Positions 38,035-47,145 of a DNA stretch of 56,471 nt are shown here, one piece after another. Origin of the DNA: a virus; IMG/VR virus record IMGVR_UViG_3300045988_098109; one strand, 5' to 3'. The first letter of the stretch is position 1. The number at the start of each line of letters is the position of its first letter. Made by a program: the position numbers and the translations under genes. Below the pieces are notes generated by a model that had not been told where the DNA came from, ran no database searches, and saw only the letters and a program-made list of their open reading frames with translations.

Positions 38035-38430
38035 TTATAGTTTTACATTTATTACTTCAAATAAAATTCTCACATTCACGTAATGGCATTTCAAAGCTGC
38101 ATCCGCTTCCGCGCCAATTGATTCGATAGAGTAACGATAGGTTGTACCGTCATAGGTGCTTACTACATCATCAAGCAGCTTGTCAGCCTTTCTTTCAAGT
38201 TCGTTAAGCCGGATTGTGTTCGCTTCATTCTCGCTTAAATTGGGTACACATAGATTCACTTCTGCAAAAGATTTCTTCCAATACTTTCCCGGCTGTTGTT
38301 TCTTCGTGTGGATGACAATCCTTTCGGACTTCAATTCACCCGTCAGCGTTTCACCATCAGGCACTATATCTATTCCGAAAGCCTTGCAGTCCCGATAGAG
38401 AATGTTTCCTATGTCGGTAGTTACTATCAT
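38035..38430 (-). CDS. Tail/neck component
   Basis: Start at 38430 (ATGA overlap) preferred. 131 aa. Confidence 0.45.
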   Translation of the reverse strand: MIVTTDIGNILYRDCKAFGIDIVPDGETLTGELKSERIVIHTKKQQPGKYWKKSFAEVNLCVPNLSENEANTIRLNELERKADKLLDDVVSTYDGTTYRYSIESIGAEADAALKCHYVNVRILFEVINVKL

Positions 38431-38927
38431 TCCACAATCTCCCAATCTTCTGCAAATACATCACTGATAGACGGAACCCATGAATCAGCGCGTCCGGTAT
38501 TCTCGTTGTAGATAAGACACTGGCTTGTATAGTCAATAAATCCCTTACCTTTCAGAATAAGGTCTTTTGCCGATTGGGGAAGCGATTGCATCTTAGGGAT
38601 GATGTCGCTTTCGATATGAGCTGGCACTTGTTTGAATACCATCAAACCTTTACCGTTCCAACCACTTCTACGAACAGTCCCACCTTGTTTTAACACTTCG
38701 ATAGCATCACCGAAACAGATAGGAGTTTCTTTCTTGACTTCTCGATATGATTCTTCAAACAGTTCTTTGGGTGACCAACTTTCATAGCCATATTCAGTAC
38801 GAGTGTGATATCCTAGTTTATAAGACTCATTCTCTTCTATTTCACTTTTTACCAAGCCTTTACTGCAAGCTTCACCCAATGTCATAGGTTCTGCTTCAAT
38901 CTGTTTTGTTCCAATGTACTTTTTCAT
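38427..38927 (-). CDS. DUF2829-like (Tad2-family-like) domain protein
   Basis: The C-terminal half FGDAIEVLKQGGTVRRSGWNGKGLMVFKQVP...WVPSISDVFAEDWEIV matches the DUF2829 pattern as I recall it. The N-terminal part is AEPMT...GY..SWSPKELFEESY. Confidence 0.5.
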   Translation of the reverse strand: MKKYIGTKQIEAEPMTLGEACSKGLVKSEIEENESYKLGYHTRTEYGYESWSPKELFEESYREVKKETPICFGDAIEVLKQGGTVRRSGWNGKGLMVFKQVPAHIESDIIPKMQSLPQSAKDLILKGKGFIDYTSQCLIYNENTGRADSWVPSISDVFAEDWEIVE

Positions 38928-39223
38928 TTTTCAAATTCTTCTTTTAATCGTTTCTCCGCAAATAAAGCAGCACTACTCAAAACATCATACCCTTTAGATT
39001 CTACGAATGATGCGTATTCCGCTTCGTTTTTCAATGTCAAACCGTCTTTATTGACATCGTAATCATTGGACGTTCTCAAAGTGAGTGTATGGTCTTGATA
39101 ATCCCCATGTTCCTCTGCGTACTTCACGGCTTCATCGCCTACATCAATCATCTTCTTTTCGACCTCCCATTCTCCTTCATCGAAAAAGGAGTCGACATCT
39201 GAGAAATCGAAATCTACATCCAT
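38924..39223 (-). CDS. Hypothetical head-tail joining protein
   Basis: 99-aa acidic ORF in the connector block. Confidence 0.45.
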   Translation of the reverse strand: MDVDFDFSDVDSFFDEGEWEVEKKMIDVGDEAVKYAEEHGDYQDHTLTLRTSNDYDVNKDGLTLKNEAEYASFVESKGYDVLSSAALFAEKRLKEEFEK

Positions 39224-39537
39224 AATTCCGAGTAGTTAAAGTAGTTTGTACTCTTTACCGTGTAGACTTCGCCTTGACCTCTTACGCCATCACCATCCAT
39301 GCAACGTACTTCATCACCAGCCTTGACAGTAATTCTTTTCTCACATACTACATGATAATTCGGACGATACACAGAGCCGTTATCAGATGAAAACTCTTTG
39401 GTAGTGTTATCATCACAACGGCACTTGCATACCTTCTGCCAGTATTCACCACCTGTTCCGGGAATAGGTCTGCCAAACTCATCCTTGTCCATCGGGGTGA
39501 TAACTTTTACCTGCAATATGTGTGGGGCGAATATCAT
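39214..39537 (-). CDS. Head closure/adaptor-like protein
   Basis: 107 aa in the connector block. Confidence 0.45.
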   Translation of the reverse strand: MIFAPHILQVKVITPMDKDEFGRPIPGTGGEYWQKVCKCRCDDNTTKEFSSDNGSVYRPNYHVVCEKRITVKAGDEVRCMDGDGVRGQGEVYTVKSTNYFNYSELWM

Positions 39538-39848
39538 AAGAAAGTCACTTTAGGTTTGTTACCCAGTTCGTCTTTCAAACCGTACTGTTTACACAGAAAT
39601 GAATAGTAATCCTTAATGCCTTGAATGTTCCAAGACATAGAAAAACCGCTTTCGCTGATGGAAGTGGCACGAAGCAATAGAGAGGGGATGAACTTCGCAA
39701 TTGCCACCGACACCCGTGTTTGGCAATCCTCGTTCATCTCACCCCCTCCGCTTATCTTTGCGTTCAGACATATATCGAAAAGGTCAGCCTCCGACAAGTT
39801 AACGCTGAAGGTCTGAAACTTCTGTAATATATAATCGTTTACTGTCAT
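39534..39848 (-). CDS. Head-tail connector-like protein
   Basis: 104 aa, immediately after the capsid gene. Confidence 0.45.
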   Translation of the reverse strand: MTVNDYILQKFQTFSVNLSEADLFDICLNAKISGGGEMNEDCQTRVSVAIAKFIPSLLLRATSISESGFSMSWNIQGIKDYYSFLCKQYGLKDELGNKPKVTFL

Positions 39849-40927
39849 GCGTTCATCTCACTCAAATCGAAGTTCACAATCAGGTTCGGGTTCGCAATCT
39901 GCGGAATCCATTCGGCTGTGTATTCCAGATAGCGACCATTGCCGTCCTTGTAACCTGAAATCAGCATATCGCCATCTGCCTGAGTGTAATTACGTCCCGG
40001 TACACCATCCACAGCTTCATAAGGAGTGTGGAAGCGCATATAACCGATTTTATCCTGCGGAAGCAGGGAAATACGACCATCTGCATAAATGGGGATATTC
40101 TTACCTGTTTGGTCTACCACATAATCTTCCTTGATTTCAATAGCCGGAAGTCCGATACCTGTAAAAATGGTAGAAGCCAGTTGCGAGGTGATAAGCCCGG
40201 TAGACATATACATTTCATTGCCTGTAAGCTGCATTTTGAACTTATCTCCAAATTCACTTGAACCGATAATATTCTTGATGAATGTGCCACGGCTCATAAT
40301 CATCTTGGGGAATGTGCCGTAAATAGATTTCAGCTCATTCAGTTTCTGCTGCAAGTAAGTGACGAAATAGTCTTTATCCTCTGTGTCCGGCTTGATAAAC
40401 TTAAACGGCAAGTCGATGTTCAATAAGTCAATTCCTCCGGCATTGTCGTCCTTGTTCTTCACGCTTGCTGCTCCAGTCATCAACAGAGAGCCTACGATAA
40501 TGTCCATACGCTTGTGCGGTGCCAGCAATACCTGACGGTAATCGTCATAGATGAAGTCCACGATGTCACGCATGGCTGCTTTCTGGTCTTCCGGTTTGGC
40601 GGCATTATACTTATCTATCAAGTCCTGCAAGTCAGACAAACGGTCGATTGAGATTTGATAGCGGTCACCCAAATAGGCAATCTCACCATATCCGGAACCG
40701 ATATTCCTGCGTTCACGGATAGGCTTTTCGCCATAACGGGAGTTGATGGAACCAGCCATCACGCCAGTAACCTGACCGATGTAGTCTTTAAATACACGAG
40801 TAGTAGTCCTACGGAAGCCCAAATACTGCTGCCAATAAATTGTGTCCTTTCTTGTCTTGAGGACACGCTGAATCACTGCATTTACAATGTTCGGGTCATT
40901 AAACAATGTATGAATAGTTAGCATCAT
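39845..40927 (-). CDS. Major capsid protein
   Basis: 360 aa. Its size and position after the scaffold and decoration-like genes resemble the lambda gpE-type arrangement. Confidence 0.6.
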   Translation of the reverse strand: MMLTIHTLFNDPNIVNAVIQRVLKTRKDTIYWQQYLGFRRTTTRVFKDYIGQVTGVMAGSINSRYGEKPIRERRNIGSGYGEIAYLGDRYQISIDRLSDLQDLIDKYNAAKPEDQKAAMRDIVDFIYDDYRQVLLAPHKRMDIIVGSLLMTGAASVKNKDDNAGGIDLLNIDLPFKFIKPDTEDKDYFVTYLQQKLNELKSIYGTFPKMIMSRGTFIKNIIGSSEFGDKFKMQLTGNEMYMSTGLITSQLASTIFTGIGLPAIEIKEDYVVDQTGKNIPIYADGRISLLPQDKIGYMRFHTPYEAVDGVPGRNYTQADGDMLISGYKDGNGRYLEYTAEWIPQIANPNLIVNFDLSEMNA

Positions 40928-40945
40928 ATATTAGTCCTCCTTTCT

Positions 40946-41797
40946 TTATTTTGCCATTATACCTGCGTTTTTCAACGCTGTCAATAATCCGTTAAAGTTT
41001 TCTACCGACACCGTACCAGATGCATCATTCACTTTGGCTGCCTGCTTTACACCTCCAAAAGCAGAAGTCGTAGCTGCTGTTAAAGTATACTTGTTAGCTT
41101 GTGCTGCAACCCCATCCAATTTGGCTTTATCTTCCTTACTCATCAAACCGTCCTGACTAGAAGAAGCCTTAGGAATAGATACGGCTTCTTTTTCTTGTTT
41201 GACATCCAAAGCGTTAAACTGGAAGTGCGGCATATTCGCCTTGTCAATATCTGCGAAAGGCATTACCAGCTTGGTCGGTTCGATTTCAAACGCACGCATC
41301 AAAAGGGAAACCAATACTATGCCATCCTCTACCTGCTTCCTTTCATACAGAGCTGAATTTGCGATAACTTTGGGCGTTGTACCGTCTGCGGCTGTCGCTT
41401 CGTAAAGAACTGTTCCAGCTTCTAGATTTTCTCCAAAGTCTGCCGCTAACGTCAGCTTATCAAAAGCTTTGTCAGCCTTGTCAATAGCGTTGATTGTCGC
41501 TCCATGCGCACCGTTACCCAAGTGCATACCTTTGTAAGCCAAAGAACGTTTCTTGATTTTCAATGTGGTATTGGAGCCTGTTGTAAACTTCTCATATACT
41601 TCCACACGGATAGCCACTTGGGATGTTTTCTTCACCAAGTCAGCTGCAATCGGTGTGAATGAGGGCAAGTACGAGCCGACAACGAGGTTGGTTGTGTCCA
41701 ACTTGTACGGACCTCTGCGTCTGCGTCCGGTTTCTACGTCGTAGCGTTCTTCCTGCTCAACTTCCGGTTCAAGATTATACTTAAATCCTGCTGCCAT
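40946..41797 (-). CDS. Head decoration/auxiliary capsid protein with fibre-like C-terminus
   Basis: 283 aa. The C-terminal GLMSKEDKAKLDG motif is typical of phage fibre repeats. Confidence 0.45.
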   Translation of the reverse strand: MAAGFKYNLEPEVEQEERYDVETGRRRRGPYKLDTTNLVVGSYLPSFTPIAADLVKKTSQVAIRVEVYEKFTTGSNTTLKIKKRSLAYKGMHLGNGAHGATINAIDKADKAFDKLTLAADFGENLEAGTVLYEATAADGTTPKVIANSALYERKQVEDGIVLVSLLMRAFEIEPTKLVMPFADIDKANMPHFQFNALDVKQEKEAVSIPKASSSQDGLMSKEDKAKLDGVAAQANKYTLTAATTSAFGGVKQAAKVNDASGTVSVENFNGLLTALKNAGIMAK

Positions 41798-41801
41798 AAA
41801 A

Positions 41802-42437
41802 TCACTGTTTTTGTTGTTCTACAATTTCTTTAGTGTCGTCTGCAATCATTTTCGCAAACGACTGAGTCTCATTCTCCAGTTCTTTTTTTGCTGTATCTGG
41901 AGGAACTACACCCTTAAAGCCGTCATTCGCAAACTCCTGCTTCAAGTCCTTGAAGTATGCGTCCAAGTCCTCATCGTCCTTAATGGCGCATCGTTTGGCG
42001 TAGTTTTCGGGAATACCATACTCCTTTGCCTTTGCCAAAATCTGCTGGCTACGTGTTGTTTGAGCCTTTTCCGTTTCTAACTGTGTTAGCTTATCAGAAA
42101 GGTTCTTGTTGGAGTCAATTAAAGCTTGCGCCCATGCAGGCACATCGTCTTTATTCTCTTCCGTTTTGGTGGTTGTGGTAGTCTCGATTGGCTTACCGTC
42201 TTTAAGGTTATGCCTCTTCTCGTAGTTAGTCACTGCCGTTTTTGAAGCATCCCCGGCACGGAAATCACCATAGGAATTAAGCACGTCCGAAAAACTGATA
42301 CCCTCAACAATGGAGTTTACTTTTGTCTCGTCCGTTACACCCTCTGCCTTTTTGGTGGCAATGCGGGTAAGAATAGCAGTGTCCACCCCAGCGAATTTCT
42401 GTTGTAGCCCTGCTAAGATTTGTTCTAAGATTGTCAT
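41802..42437 (-). CDS. Scaffolding protein
   Basis: 211 aa, acidic and coiled coil, upstream of the capsid genes. Confidence 0.55.
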   Translation of the reverse strand: MTILEQILAGLQQKFAGVDTAILTRIATKKAEGVTDETKVNSIVEGISFSDVLNSYGDFRAGDASKTAVTNYEKRHNLKDGKPIETTTTTKTEENKDDVPAWAQALIDSNKNLSDKLTQLETEKAQTTRSQQILAKAKEYGIPENYAKRCAIKDDEDLDAYFKDLKQEFANDGFKGVVPPDTAKKELENETQSFAKMIADDTKEIVEQQKQ

Positions 42438-42516
42438 ACCGTATGAATTTGATTTATAAATTTCTACGGTAAATTTCGTTATTTATAAAGAAGGTGAAAA
42501 ATTATCAGATAGGTGA

Positions 42517-42541
42517 TACACGACAATAAAACGATTGTCGT
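42517..42541. promoter_or_regulatory. Palindrome TACACGACAAT-N6-ATTGTCGT
   Basis: Perfect 8-nt arms between the HigBA terminator and the scaffold gene. An extra half-site, ATCACGACAAAAAC, lies at 42591-42605. Confidence 0.5.
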
Positions 42542-42551
42542 AAAATGGTAT

Positions 42552-42582
42552 AAAAAAAGGCGTGAAACCGAATGAATCACGC
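42552..42582 (-). terminator. Rho-independent terminator after higA
   Basis: GGCGTGA-loop-TCACGCC followed by T7 on the minus strand. Confidence 0.7.
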
Positions 42583-42611
42583 CTAAAATATATCACGACA
42601 AAAACTTATAC

Positions 42612-42977
42612 TTATACTCCCAACACTATATTTGCATCAATATTTAGCTTCCGGCTTATCTCACGAGCAACTTTCAAGGTTGGTTCACATTTACCAGATA
42701 TATAATCACTTAATCGTGATGGGCTGACACCAACTAACTTTGCAAGTGATTTTTGATTAAGCCCCATTTCGTACATACGAAGTTTAAGAACATCCACAAG
42801 TGTTGGTTCTCCCAATGCAAAATGTTCTTCGGAATAATCAGCAACCAAATTAGAAAGAAGCTCCAATTCTATGCTATTTGGGTCATTCAAAGGAGTATCA
42901 TCTTTCACTAATGGAAGAAGTTCCTCTACTCTTTTCACCGCCCATTCATATTGGGCTTGATTTTCTATCTTTGTCAT
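42612..42977 (-). CDS. higA: HigA-type antitoxin (XRE HTH)
   Basis: 121 aa with the HTH LNQKSLAKLVGVSPSRLSDYISGK, immediately downstream of the HigB-like toxin. Confidence 0.7.
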   Translation of the reverse strand: MTKIENQAQYEWAVKRVEELLPLVKDDTPLNDPNSIELELLSNLVADYSEEHFALGEPTLVDVLKLRMYEMGLNQKSLAKLVGVSPSRLSDYISGKCEPTLKVAREISRKLNIDANIVLGV

Positions 42978-42981
42978 AATC

Positions 42982-43275
42982 CTAAATATTAGCGCAATCT
43001 ATTTTATCATATTCTTTATGAGTACCAATAAAGCGAATATACACAAACTGAATAGTGAATTTAATCACTACTACCAAACGATAGTTATTGCCTTTGATAT
43101 TGAAAACATAGTGTTGATTACCTACATTATCAACGCTATTAAACGTTTTCTTAATATCGGCAAAACAGGTCCACTTGCTTCTTTTCACAATGGTAGTCCA
43201 TTCTTGCAAAGCGACCTTTGAATCGGGATGGTTCTCTGCATATTCTTTTAATGCTTGTTCGGTAAATATTCTCAT
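42982..43275 (-). CDS. higB: HigB-type mRNA interferase toxin
   Basis: 97 aa. ...VFNIKGNNYRLVVVI.....VYIRFIGTHKEYDKI is the HigB-family signature. Confidence 0.7.
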   Translation of the reverse strand: MRIFTEQALKEYAENHPDSKVALQEWTTIVKRSKWTCFADIKKTFNSVDNVGNQHYVFNIKGNNYRLVVVIKFTIQFVYIRFIGTHKEYDKIDCANI

Positions 43276-43359
43276 TGGTTACTCAATTATCGTGTGACAA
43301 AAATACATATATAATTCTATAATTCAAAATTATATTCTAATATTTACAATTTAAAGAGC

Positions 43360-43390
43360 AAAAAAATAGCGGCAACTCCAAAGAGTCACC
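43360..43390 (-). terminator. Rho-independent terminator after the portal gene
   Basis: GGTGACTC-TTTG-GAGTTGCC followed by T7 on the minus strand. Confidence 0.6.
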
Positions 43391-43444
43391 ACTAACTATC
43401 CTATTTTCCCTATCAAAAAATTATAAATCCCGTAATTTTTCTGA

Positions 43445-44938
43445 CTAAGAGGCGTTTTTCTGTCCCTTATTTCCGATTTGCTCATTCTTTGCCACCTGTT
43501 CCTCTTTGATTTCCTTCAGCTCTTCATCAATGCGATCCGCGTTCCCAGCAAACATAATGCCCTCACGTCTTGACCATACACCACCACTAACAGCGGAGAC
43601 AGCCGTAGTAACCTTATCATTCAAATCATCAATCATATATGGAACCAGTTCTGTTTCTATGTCAATGGTCTGCGATGCCTTGCTAAACTCGGTTGGATTG
43701 ATAGAGCCTAAAGCGGAAACAATGAAATTTACTCTCCGCTGCAAGAACTCACCGATAACCTCACCGTGATTTTCTACCGCCATATGTGCACCCATAAACA
43801 TGAAGCGGAAAGCAGTGCCGGAAGCCTTGCCTATGCCTTTCAATGTCTCAAACGATATTCTTGGAGTGTTTGACATATCATAAGCCATATTAGTGAGTGT
43901 TTCTGCTTCAAAACGTACCGTATCCGGAACTTGGTTCCACGTCAGATACTGGGCATCCGCACCTTCACCTGTAAGTTTGACCATTCTATCCTTAACCTTA
44001 CCCATGAAACCCTCTACATCTCCAATTAGCTTCAGCAGTGGGAAGAAATGGTAGTCTATACAATCAGCATAATTAGATAACAGTTTTTCCAGCCGGACAC
44101 GGAATGTCTTTATCTTCTTGCAATAAGGTTCAGGACGATAAGCATAAAGAACCGGTAGTTTTGGGAATCCATGAGCAAAAGGCGTTCTTTCTTCATACCC
44201 TTTAGACAAATCCCATTGATAAACCATTTTGTCCGTGATAGTCATAAAGCAGGTGACCTCCGAATCATCCATGAGCTTCTTTTTATACTCACGTGAGAAA
44301 GCAATCATTTTACCTTCGTCGTTAAAGAACGGGTATAGTTTATCACCTCTGAATGGAGACCATAACACGCTTTTCAGTTTCTTGGTGGGCTTGACCTTGC
44401 CACCGAACGTAGTCTTAACTTTCTTCCAAAACTTTGCCCAAAACGAATCATCATCGGTAACATACCAATATTCTGCCGCTTCTTGTTCGGAGAGCCAGGC
44501 ACGGACAATCTTCTTGTTTTGGTATTTGATTTTGTTGGATTTAAATACAGCCTTTACCGCATCCAGCAGCTTCTTTTCATCATCATCAGTTGGAGTGCAA
44601 TCCATAGACGGTTCTGTGCCGACTGTAAAAGCAGTTTGGATGTTCACGATATCCTGTTCCAATGGAATGGAGATACGGTTCACCGGTTCAGTCTTATACT
44701 TTGCTTCGATTTCATAAGTCTTACCCGTTTTTTCATCGAAGTGCTTCTCTGCTTCTTTTTCAAGAACCTTTCTGTCCGGATATTTCTTTTTGTCAACCAT
44801 GATTTCATGTCGTTCCGGATTCCAATCATCCCAAAGTTTGCAACGGTCGGGAAGTTCAGTCTTCCTACCTTTCTTCAGGTAGTTTATCTTCTGCCCGATG
44901 TCAGGCAATGCTAATATTTCTTCTAAATTCAATGGCAT
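43445..44938 (-). CDS. Portal protein
   Basis: 497 aa, directly downstream of TerL. Confidence 0.7.
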   Translation of the reverse strand: MPLNLEEILALPDIGQKINYLKKGRKTELPDRCKLWDDWNPERHEIMVDKKKYPDRKVLEKEAEKHFDEKTGKTYEIEAKYKTEPVNRISIPLEQDIVNIQTAFTVGTEPSMDCTPTDDDEKKLLDAVKAVFKSNKIKYQNKKIVRAWLSEQEAAEYWYVTDDDSFWAKFWKKVKTTFGGKVKPTKKLKSVLWSPFRGDKLYPFFNDEGKMIAFSREYKKKLMDDSEVTCFMTITDKMVYQWDLSKGYEERTPFAHGFPKLPVLYAYRPEPYCKKIKTFRVRLEKLLSNYADCIDYHFFPLLKLIGDVEGFMGKVKDRMVKLTGEGADAQYLTWNQVPDTVRFEAETLTNMAYDMSNTPRISFETLKGIGKASGTAFRFMFMGAHMAVENHGEVIGEFLQRRVNFIVSALGSINPTEFSKASQTIDIETELVPYMIDDLNDKVTTAVSAVSGGVWSRREGIMFAGNADRIDEELKEIKEEQVAKNEQIGNKGQKNAS

Positions 44939-44949
44939 AGTTTATATTT

Positions 44950-47145
44950 TTAATGTGTGAATATTCCTGTTAAATCTTTCGGCTTCTGAATCTTACCAAG
45001 AAGCTCACCCAATACATAGTAACGTACAGCATCTATACAATTATGCACGAGAACCCCATTAGCAAAATATTCATGTTCACCTTCAATGGTCAAATCATAT
45101 ACCTCGCAATAGCTTTCACTTATTGTTTTTACGTCTGTTACTTGCTTGCAGTTTATGTGCGCATTCTTTTGAACAGCATTTGGGCTTAAGATACTTGTTC
45201 CCCATGAATGTGATTCCGCAGTATTGGCACACCATTTCTGTCGTACATTTAGGCGAGGTGTACTGCCATTTGTGATGGCATTTCTTTGAGCAAAATCGCT
45301 GATGAACATTTGTTGCTGTGAATCGTCCGCCACATTGCTCGCACACTCTCTCTTCGCTCTGTAATCGGGCAATTGCCTTAATTCTTCTTTGATTCCAATT
45401 TGATTTTGTATATGCGCCTTTTGTGTTAAGACCCATTCTGACAATATTGTCAATTTTCTCCGGATGTAGCCTATTATGTTCACTTCTTGAAACCGCTTCA
45501 AGGTTTTCAATCGAGTTATTGAGCGGATTGTGGTCAATGTGGTGGATAATCTTTCCATTCGGAATTTCCCCATGATAGAATTTGTAAACGGCATGATGCA
45601 GCATCTCGCTCTGTTTGTTTCCGTGTCCAAATTTCCAATAGTAATAATTGGGGTGTTTCCCATTTGGATACCGTTTGTACACTCTCCCGTTAAATTCGAT
45701 AGAACAAACAACTTGTCCCCTTTTGTTAATTTTCCGTACTTCTTCCATTTTCCGTTTGCGTTAAATTTATGTTCTAAGGTAGCAAAAAATGTTCGTTTTT
45801 CAAAGCCTATAAAGACTTCTTTTTCAATTACTTTTCTTACTCCGTTATTGTGTTTCTTAAGCACTTTTTTATAACCATTTCGTGTAAGAACATAATCCCC
45901 GACCCGAATATCCTTGATAGGAATATCGCCATTTATGGTAGTAATCAGTGTGTCTCCACGAAAGCAGTGGTTGTTTGCATCCACTGGAGTGTTTATATAC
46001 CTTCCGTCTTTATCTTTATCCCATACATAATTCCTCAGCTCATTTTGCAGGTTGTATGAACGCTTGGTTACGAAAATTTCAAGACTTTGCATTTTGTCAA
46101 TTCCTGCATTGATTGATCCAGCACCTTTTTCGACGGCATATATCCTTATTCCCCCGTTATGGATTTCTTGTATCAATCTCGGATCTGCGCTATCGGCAAT
46201 AGTTTTCATGCCCCAGGGTCTAAGCGATTTGACTATATCGGTTGAAAGCAATCCGGTTCGGTAATCTACTTCGTCAAGATATAGTCTATTATCCCATATT
46301 CCGCACCTAACTATCGCTGTGGGGTCCATGCTATACCCAAAGTCCAGCCCTATGCCAACTTTTTTGCATTCAGCCGGGAACTCGTCAACAATTCCCCACT
46401 TCTTGAACACAGCACCTTCTGCAACGTCAGCCCACCGGCCGATAACCACATGAGCATACTTTTCAGGATTACTCACCTTCATATCTTCCACCTCTTTCAG
46501 GAACTCAGGAGAAAGGTTATCCAAGTTATCAAAATACGTAGTATGGATATGGAGCACATTCGGATGAGTGGAAACCTGAACCTGCACACCGTCAATCTCT
46601 ACCAGCTTGTGAGTTTTCTCAATGTATTTCTTGTAGATGAAGTGATTGGAATCGCATGGGTTCATTATAATGATAATCCGGTTCTGAATACCCTTCTTGC
46701 GAATGGAGAGCATTATCTTGTCGAACTCATCTTCGCTTGTCCACTCTTCCGCTTCATCACAGACAAAGGTTGTAATGCCTTGGATAGATTTCAGTTTGGC
46801 TGTCTGGTTCCCGGAAGAAGTCTTGATACCCCGAAACATGATACGACTGCCGGTCATGCGGTTTACTATATCTGTCTTGGTAGTCTTAAAATATTTAGTT
46901 GTTCCGTCCAAATCTATCTTTTCCATCATCTCTGGAATAATAGACATACCAGCCGACACCATTGTGTAACGGGTATAAAGAATCTGATGGACTATTTTCT
47001 CTGTAGGAGTCATTTCAAATGTCAGCCGCTCAATGAAAGTAGAAGCATTGAAAGACTTTCCTGAGCCACGACCTCCAGTGATGAGAATGATAAATTTCTC
47101 GTCATCGGTGTATAACGGATGATATATCTCTTGGGGAACAATCAT
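44950..47145 (-). CDS. terL: Terminase large subunit interrupted by an intein
   Basis: Walker A LITGGRGSGKSF. The extein junction ..PVDANNH/C...HN/CIDAVRYY restores the NH-x-DAxRY nuclease motif. Confidence 0.85.
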   Translation of the reverse strand: MIVPQEIYHPLYTDDEKFIILITGGRGSGKSFNASTFIERLTFEMTPTEKIVHQILYTRYTMVSAGMSIIPEMMEKIDLDGTTKYFKTTKTDIVNRMTGSRIMFRGIKTSSGNQTAKLKSIQGITTFVCDEAEEWTSEDEFDKIMLSIRKKGIQNRIIIIMNPCDSNHFIYKKYIEKTHKLVEIDGVQVQVSTHPNVLHIHTTYFDNLDNLSPEFLKEVEDMKVSNPEKYAHVVIGRWADVAEGAVFKKWGIVDEFPAECKKVGIGLDFGYSMDPTAIVRCGIWDNRLYLDEVDYRTGLLSTDIVKSLRPWGMKTIADSADPRLIQEIHNGGIRIYAVEKGAGSINAGIDKMQSLEIFVTKRSYNLQNELRNYVWDKDKDGRYINTPVDANNHCFRGDTLITTINGDIPIKDIRVGDYVLTRNGYKKVLKKHNNGVRKVIEKEVFIGFEKRTFFATLEHKFNANGKWKKYGKLTKGDKLFVLSNLTGECTNGIQMGNTPIITIGNLDTETNRARCCIMPFTNSIMGKFRMERLSTTLTTIRSITRLKTLKRFQEVNIIGYIRRKLTILSEWVLTQKAHIQNQIGIKEELRQLPDYRAKRECASNVADDSQQQMFISDFAQRNAITNGSTPRLNVRQKWCANTAESHSWGTSILSPNAVQKNAHINCKQVTDVKTISESYCEVYDLTIEGEHEYFANGVLVHNCIDAVRYYVLGELLGKIQKPKDLTGIFTH
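45040..45966 (-). mobile_element. Class-1 intein (309 aa) in the TerL nuclease domain
   Basis: Begins CFRGDTLITT (block A), has TLEH (block B) and ends VYDLTIEGEHEYFANGVLVHN followed by +1 Cys. Confidence 0.8.
45116..45748 (-). CDS. HNH homing endonuclease, nested out of frame inside the intein
   Basis: 210 aa. HHIDHNPLNNSIENLEAVSRSEHNRLH plus two CxxC...C..C zinc-ribbon repeats. The ORF is offset by 2 nt from the TerL/intein frame. Confidence 0.8.
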   Translation of the reverse strand: MEEVRKINKRGQVVCSIEFNGRVYKRYPNGKHPNYYYWKFGHGNKQSEMLHHAVYKFYHGEIPNGKIIHHIDHNPLNNSIENLEAVSRSEHNRLHPEKIDNIVRMGLNTKGAYTKSNWNQRRIKAIARLQSEERVCEQCGGRFTATNVHQRFCSKKCHHKWQYTSPKCTTEMVCQYCGITFMGNKYLKPKCCSKECAHKLQASNRRKNNK

